The position numbers were made by a program, and so were the translations under genes. A DNA stretch of 64,000 bases from contig CALMBO010000028.1 in assembly GCA_937860055.1 (NCBI GenBank), forward strand, positions 21,881 to 85,880, written 5' to 3'. Numbering within the stretch: the first letter of the stretch is position 1; each line of letters begins with the position of its first letter. This document shows, in pieces, positions 59,640-64,000 of this stretch. Source of the DNA: an uncultured Verrucomicrobiota bacterium. GTDB taxonomy: Bacteria > Verrucomicrobiota > Kiritimatiellia > CAIQIC01 > Lenti-01. The notes beneath the pieces are model-generated. The model did no database searches, was not told the origin of the DNA, and worked only from the letters and a program-made list of their open reading frames with translations.

Positions 59640-60542
59640 ATGAAGAATCCGATCCTGATCCGCCTCGGCCTCCTGGCCGCGCTCCTGGCGCTCGCTTCCG
59701 GCTGCGCCACCACGGACTTCGTCACCGGCCAGCCCGTCCAGAACATCTACAGCCTCGACGAGGATGTCCAGCTCGGCCAGGATTTCTACAAGGAAACCAT
59801 CGCCGAACTGAAGAAGGAAAAGGCGCCCATCGACCAGGATCCCGTCCGCGTCGCCCTCGTGAAGGACGTGACCGCCCACATCGCGGCCGTCGCCAACATC
59901 ACCAACCTCCCCTACCAGGTCACCTATGTAGGCGATCCCGGGATGGTCAACGCCTTCGCCTTCCCCGGCGGAAACATCATGGTCTTCGAAGGCCTCTGGG
60001 ACCCGAAGGAGGGCCTCGTCCAGACCGTGGACGAACTGGCCGCCGTCGTCGCCCACGAGATCGCCCACGTCAACTGCCGCCATTCCACCGAGGCCATGAC
60101 GCGCGAGATGCTGCCCAACCTCATCCTCGCCGGCGGCATGGTCTATGCGTCGATCGAGGAGGACGAGGATCTCCAGCTCCTGTTCGGCGGCCTCATGCTC
60201 GTGCACGACGGCCTCATCGTCACCAAGTATTCCCGCGTGGACGAGCTGGAAGCCGACCGCGTCGGCATGATGTACATGGCCAGGGCCGGCTACGATCCCG
60301 CCGCCGCCCCCCGCGTCTGGGAGCGCCTGGCCGGCGCCAGCGACAACCAGGTCGAAAAGGTCCTCAGCATCTTCTCCACCCACCCGCGCGACTTCAAGCG
60401 CACGCAGGAGCTGCGCAAGCACCTCCCCGAAGCCCAGGCCCTCTACGAAGCCGCCCCCGTCAAGCGCAACGGCTCCAAAAAGCTTTCCGACCTCCCCCCC
60501 CTCCAGAAATCAAAACCCGCCGCCGACGCAGCCAAAAAGTAA
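59640..60542 (+). CDS. M48-family zinc metallopeptidase lipoprotein
   Basis: Lipoprotein signal LLALASGCATT; HEIAHVNCRH zinc motif; stop TAA at 60540-60542 abuts the first (degenerate) CRISPR repeat. Confidence 0.75.
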   Translation: MKNPILIRLGLLAALLALASGCATTDFVTGQPVQNIYSLDEDVQLGQDFYKETIAELKKEKAPIDQDPVRVALVKDVTAHIAAVANITNLPYQVTYVGDPGMVNAFAFPGGNIMVFEGLWDPKEGLVQTVDELAAVVAHEIAHVNCRHSTEAMTREMLPNLILAGGMVYASIEEDEDLQLLFGGLMLVHDGLIVTKYSRVDELEADRVGMMYMARAGYDPAAAPRVWERLAGASDNQVEKVLSIFSTHPRDFKRTQELRKHLPEAQALYEAAPVKRNGSKKLSDLPPLQKSKPAADAAKK

Positions 60543-61835
60543 GTCCCCGGAGATTTGGAATCCAGCGAGTGGAACTGCCCCGCAGCATTCTCGCAGGCGC
60601 TGGATCATCGCCGCCTCAACATGGTTTGAAATCCAGCGAGTGGAACACCTGGTGGGCGGCGCGACTCCCGCACCTGGCTCCGCCTCAACATGGTTTGAAA
60701 TCCAGCGAGTGGAACCCGTTCCGGTGGCGTGCTGGCCCTTGGAGGTGCTCCGCCTCAACATGGTTTGAAATCCAGCGAGTGGAACTTCTCCACGCCGGCC
60801 GCCTTGAAGATCCGCAGAACCGCCTCAACATGGTTTGAAATCCAGCGAGTGGAACAGGCATGGAGGAGGGCGAGGGTGCCAGGATGGAGCCGCCTCAACA
60901 TGGTTTGAAATCCAGCGAGTGGAACACCCAACCCCAGCGGAGGGGCACTTATCAAACTGCCGCCTCAACATGGTTTGAAATCCAGCGAGTGGAACTTTCG
61001 TGCGGAGTCTGTACGAAGATGATTCCTGCCCGCCTCAACATGGTTTGAAATCCAGCGAGTGGAACAAGGTGGTCGCCCCGGCCGCCGAATTGCTGTAGAT
61101 CCGCCTCAACATGGTTTGAAATCCAGCGAGTGGAACCTGGATGGCTTGCTGGGCAACAAACCATGCCGCCCGCCTCAACATGGTTTGAAATCCAGCGAGT
61201 GGAACCTGCACCCTGGGAAGTCTGCGACTTCCTACACGCCCGCCTCAACATGGTTTGAAATCCAGCGAGTGGAACCGCTTGCAGGCCGGGCCTTCGTAGG
61301 TCCCGGAATACCGCCTCAACATGGTTTGAAATCCAGCGAGTGGAACCCAGGGGCCCAAGACGACCGAGACCGAGGGGAACCGCCTCAACATGGTTTGAAA
61401 TCCAGCGAGTGGAACATCATTCGACGGGGAGATGGGGGAATGGTTCGACCGCCTCAACATGGTTTGAAATCCAGCGAGTGGAACACCGGTGAAGCTCCAG
61501 GCCGTCCGGACCTATCTGCCGCCTCAACATGGTTTGAAATCCAGCGAGTGGAACCGTTCACCGTGTCCTTCGCCTTAATTGCTTCCATCCGCCTCAACAT
61601 GGTTTGAAATCCAGCGAGTGGAACCAGCTTTCCCTTGACGCGAAGGATTGCATCTGGACCGCCTCAACATGGTTTGAAATCCAGCGAGTGGAACCACCCT
61701 CATCGCCCGTGCGTCGGGGTCCTTTTGCCCGCCTCAACATGGTTTGAAATCCAGCGAGTGGAACGGGCTCGGTGTGCTTCAAGTGCAGTCGAAGGCAGGC
61801 CGCCTCAACATGGTTTGAAATCCAGCGAGTGGAAC
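60540..61835. CRISPR. CRISPR array: 19 repeats (36 bp, CCGCCTCAACATGGTTTGAAATCCAGCGAGTGGAAC on + strand), 18 spacers of 33-35 bp
   Basis: Repeats start at 60611, 60680, 60750, 60820, 60890, 60960, 61030, 61101, 61170, 61240, 61311, 61380, 61449, 61519, 61589, 61659, 61729 and 61800, all identical. One degenerate terminal copy at 60540-60575 (5' half diverged). No other repeats beyond 61835. Confidence 0.95.
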
Positions 61836-61999
61836 TGTCACAAACAAAACCCAAGTCTGCTCAATTAGTTAAAGATGCGCCTGCGAGCGCGCCAGACAAA
61901 CTGCGTTTCGGCATGGTCGGGCAAACCCCATTTAGCTGCGCAGTCGCCTTGGATTCATTATACTGCGAGAGCCCCTCAGCGAATCCCGAGGCAATGCCG
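61836..61999. promoter_or_regulatory. putative CRISPR leader (AT-richer segment adjacent to the intact-repeat end of the array)
   Basis: tgtcacaaacaaaacccaagtctgctcaattagttaaagatgcgcc... immediately flanks the last perfect repeat. The opposite array end has a degenerate repeat directly abutting a gene stop codon, so this side is the likely leader. Confidence 0.4.
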
Positions 62000-62043
62000 C
62001 ACTCGCTGGATTTCAAACAGCTGCTTTTCCAATGGCGGAGGAA
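62000..62043. ncRNA. candidate tracrRNA element: 19-nt anti-repeat plus adjacent 7-bp hairpin
   Basis: 62000-62018 CACTCGCTGGATTTCAAAC is the exact reverse complement of repeat segment GTTTGAAATCCAGCGAGTG. With G-U pairs the duplex extends to ~23 bp, reaching repeat nt 1 in minus-strand sense. Followed by hairpin CTTTTCC-aatggcgga-GGAAAAG (62021-62043). Transcript ends and strand not determinable from sequence. Confidence 0.5.
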
Positions 62044-62100
62044 AAGTGGTCATGGCCCTATAGGCGAGAGCATTGGAACAAAATGTGCCGCAAAAGTAAA

Positions 62101-62391
62101 TCAGATTATGGTGACCCGCGCGTGTTGGGCATAAGGGATGCCGAGGGCTTCGATGGACAAGCTGCCGTCTGCATCCTTCGCGCCGAGGGTGATGAATAGC
62201 ACCTGGTCTTCGGTGTGGTGGATGATTCCGTCCATGGCCGATCTCATTTCCTGCAGCCGCAGCGGGTCCAGCAGGCACTCAAAAACCGAGAATTGAAGGC
62301 GATAGCCAAATCCTTCGGCAATGCGGGCCACACCCCGGAGCCGCTTGGGATCAGCGATGTCGTAACTGACGATATAGCGCCGCTGGTTCAT
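62101..62391 (-). CDS. cas2: CRISPR-associated endoribonuclease Cas2
   Basis: MNQRRYIVSYDIADPKRLRGVARIAEGFGYRLQFSVFECLLDP..., the canonical Cas2 N-terminus. ATGA overlap with the cas4-cas1 stop (62388-62391). Confidence 0.85.
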   Translation of the reverse strand: MNQRRYIVSYDIADPKRLRGVARIAEGFGYRLQFSVFECLLDPLRLQEMRSAMDGIIHHTEDQVLFITLGAKDADGSLSIEALGIPYAQHARVTII

Positions 62392-64000
62392 CGGGTCGTG
62401 AAGCCGTAGTACCGGCCGGCCTCCCCGCGCAAAACGCGCCATAACTGCCGGACCTGCACCTCAAGCATGCGCCGATAGGTCATCTTGTATTTGAACTGCG
62501 GGTGGGAAACCTCCGTGTCCATCCGCCGAAAATAGGCCTCCCAGAAAGCCCGCCGCCCGGTCTCATCCAAGAAAACGCCTTTGGAACTGAATACGAAATC
62601 CTTTTCGTCCAATTCGTGCCGGTTGAGCAAGCTGATGGCCACACTGTCCGCGATCAGCGGGCGAAACTCCTCCATTAGATCCAATGCCAACGCTGGGCGG
62701 CCATAACGCGGCTGGTGGAAGAATCCGAGGAACGGATCCAGCCCGACGGCATGGCAGATGCCGGCCAATTCCTTGGCCAACATGCTGTAGCCCAGCGAAA
62801 GCAAGGCATTCACCGGATCGCGCGGGGGGCGACGATTGCGGGCCGAAAAATCGAAAGCGTGGCCGGCCGCCTTCAGCATGCCCGCGAAATTGCCGAAATA
62901 GGTGGCGGCCGCGCTCCCTTCCAAACCTCGGACCTCATCCAGCGATGTCGCATGCTCCGTCTGGTCGCGCAACCGCTTCAGTTCCTCGGCGTCCGCCGTT
63001 TCCGGATTCCCGTTCCGCATCAACATGACCCGTTGGTTGTGGATTTTCGCGCGAATGATTTCCCGCGTTAGCTCCAGCCGGATGTCTTCGCGCTCGAACA
63101 GGCGATATTGCCCGCGGCGCGCTTCCGTTCCGGAAGCTCCAAGCCCTTGCAATAGGCCCAGAAATCTCCCCGCTGGCGAGAAGTAGGCCACTGGAATGTC
63201 CGCTTCCAACAGCTGTTGCACGGCCTGTTCCGAAATCTGCACGGCACCGTACAAGTACACTTGTTTCAGTTGGCCCAGTGCCAGGTTGCCCACTCTTTCA
63301 TCCTTCAGCCACACTTCCACGTTGCCGCCGCGAATTCCGATCCGGGCACCCGGCTTCTGAACCACCAGCACTTCCCCTTCGTCGTTGTCGGGCCGGGGCG
63401 GGCGCTCGATTTCCGGCGGACGTTCGCCAGTTGTTTTCCAATAGGTCGACTCTTCAGGGAGACAGACCGGATATAGCGAGCAATACAGGCATCGCGGATC
63501 GCCCACCAACGGTTCAGGAATGCTCGTTCCAGCCGCCACGCGACGCGCCTCCGCCAGAACGGTCCGGCACCGATCCAGCAATTCCGCAGCCAAAGGTACT
63601 TCCACGCGCCGTTTGTCCGCCCCGTAATAGATCCAGCCGCGAGCCGCCACGCGCCCCTGTTCGGCCAGCAAAAGAGCCTGCGCAGCGATTTGGATGGCAT
63701 CCGCCTCCTTGGCCATCCGCTCGCCGGCATCGTTTCGGGCGGCCGACCCCTTTTTGTAGTCTACCAGTTCCACTCCCTGCCCGGTGGCTTCCGCCAAATC
63801 CACCACGCCGACCAACCCCAGCGCCTCGCTGGAAAGTTCCAAGCTTTTCAGGGTAATACCCGCCTCCAAGACATCGGGCATGTTCTCTTTGATCTGGCTG
63901 GGCACGTCCACGTTGCGATGCATGGCGGAGCCGGCGACCGTGTCCGCGTTCTCCACGAAAACGTTTTCCACCCATTGGAAGTAGAACAAGCGCGGACAAT
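62388..64000 (-). CDS. cas4-cas1: Cas4-Cas1 fusion protein (partial; N-terminus beyond window end)
   Basis: N-terminal RecB-type nuclease motifs (GVVDLAE...VELVDYKKG, QIAAQALL) and C-terminal Cas4 Cys cluster CLYCSLYPVC. Then a Cas1 domain (GNVEVWLKDERV..., RNRRPPRDPVNALLSLGYSML, DPFLGFFHQPRYGRPALALDLMEEFRPLIAD). The frame remains open to position 64000 (upstream residues ...CPRL), so the gene is truncated by the window. Confidence 0.85.
   Translation of the reverse strand, partial: CPRLFYFQWVENVFVENADTVAGSAMHRNVDVPSQIKENMPDVLEAGITLKSLELSSEALGLVGVVDLAEATGQGVELVDYKKGSAARNDAGERMAKEADAIQIAAQALLLAEQGRVAARGWIYYGADKRRVEVPLAAELLDRCRTVLAEARRVAAGTSIPEPLVGDPRCLYCSLYPVCLPEESTYWKTTGERPPEIERPPRPDNDEGEVLVVQKPGARIGIRGGNVEVWLKDERVGNLALGQLKQVYLYGAVQISEQAVQQLLEADIPVAYFSPAGRFLGLLQGLGASGTEARRGQYRLFEREDIRLELTREIIRAKIHNQRVMLMRNGNPETADAEELKRLRDQTEHATSLDEVRGLEGSAAATYFGNFAGMLKAAGHAFDFSARNRRPPRDPVNALLSLGYSMLAKELAGICHAVGLDPFLGFFHQPRYGRPALALDLMEEFRPLIADSVAISLLNRHELDEKDFVFSSKGVFLDETGRRAFWEAYFRRMDTEVSHPQFKYKMTYRRMLEVQVRQLWRVLRGEAGRYYGFTTR

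Noticed and set aside
60540-61835. Possibility that the repeat array is a non-CRISPR tandem repeat, or an orphan array
   Set aside because: Identical 36-bp repeats with unique 33-35-bp spacers, adjacent cas2 and cas4-cas1, and an anti-repeat make a bona fide CRISPR-Cas locus far more likely.
62101-62442. Annotated Cas2 start at 62442 (113 aa)
   Set aside because: It would overlap cas4-cas1 by 55 bp. An internal ATG at 62391 gives the canonical Cas2 N-terminus (MNQRRYIVSYDI...) and a typical ATGA overlap.

Overview
High-GC (~67%) bacterial chromosomal segment, probably from a Gram-negative organism (TonB/ExbBD system, TonB-dependent receptor, outer-membrane beta-barrel, MurJ). No rRNA or tRNA genes were seen. 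Genes are tightly packed; almost every long antisense or alternate-frame ORF in the supplied track is a GC-driven shadow of a real gene.

Main blocks:
- 1–9.1 kb (minus strand): surface-glycan cluster with a GT4 glycosyltransferase, three consecutive SAM methyltransferases, a Wzx-like flippase, WecB and a DUF362 protein, followed by tpx and rsmE.
- 9.1–16 kb: OMP–TonB–ExbD–ExbB–membrane protein–methyltransferase–TonB-dependent receptor–ModE-like regulator, preceded by a tandem palindromic repeat.
- 16–22 kb: P-loop NTPase, murJ, nth, a CpXC protein, two hypothetical proteins and two tandem STAS paralogs.
- 22–38 kb: second glycan cluster with a GH172/DUF2961 lipoprotein, GHMP sugar kinase, a DegT-family enzyme with the catalytic Lys replaced by His (ColD/E1-like), a large secreted HEIGHNxxxxH metalloprotease, a GT1, a Fcl/ColC-like epimerase-reductase, split transketolase, a B12-binding radical-SAM enzyme, a LamG protein and a sugar-phosphate nucleotidyltransferase.
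- 38–60 kb: clpB, an 1869-aa multi-PAS hybrid sensor kinase, hisF, a DUF2934 small basic protein with a strong terminator, rnc, xerC/D, pepA, nadD, rsfS, a PLD-family protein, a CBM+EEP protein and an M48 peptidase.
- 60.5–64.0 kb, the most interesting part: a CRISPR array of 19 repeats (36 bp; 18 spacers of 33–35 bp). The 164-bp AT-richer segment before cas2 looks like the leader and carries a 19-nt anti-repeat plus hairpin (candidate tracrRNA). Then come cas2 and a Cas4–Cas1 fusion gene that runs off the window end. The effector gene is not in the window and is predicted just beyond 64000. The architecture suggests a class 2, tracrRNA-dependent system (type V-B/Cas12b-like or type II-like).
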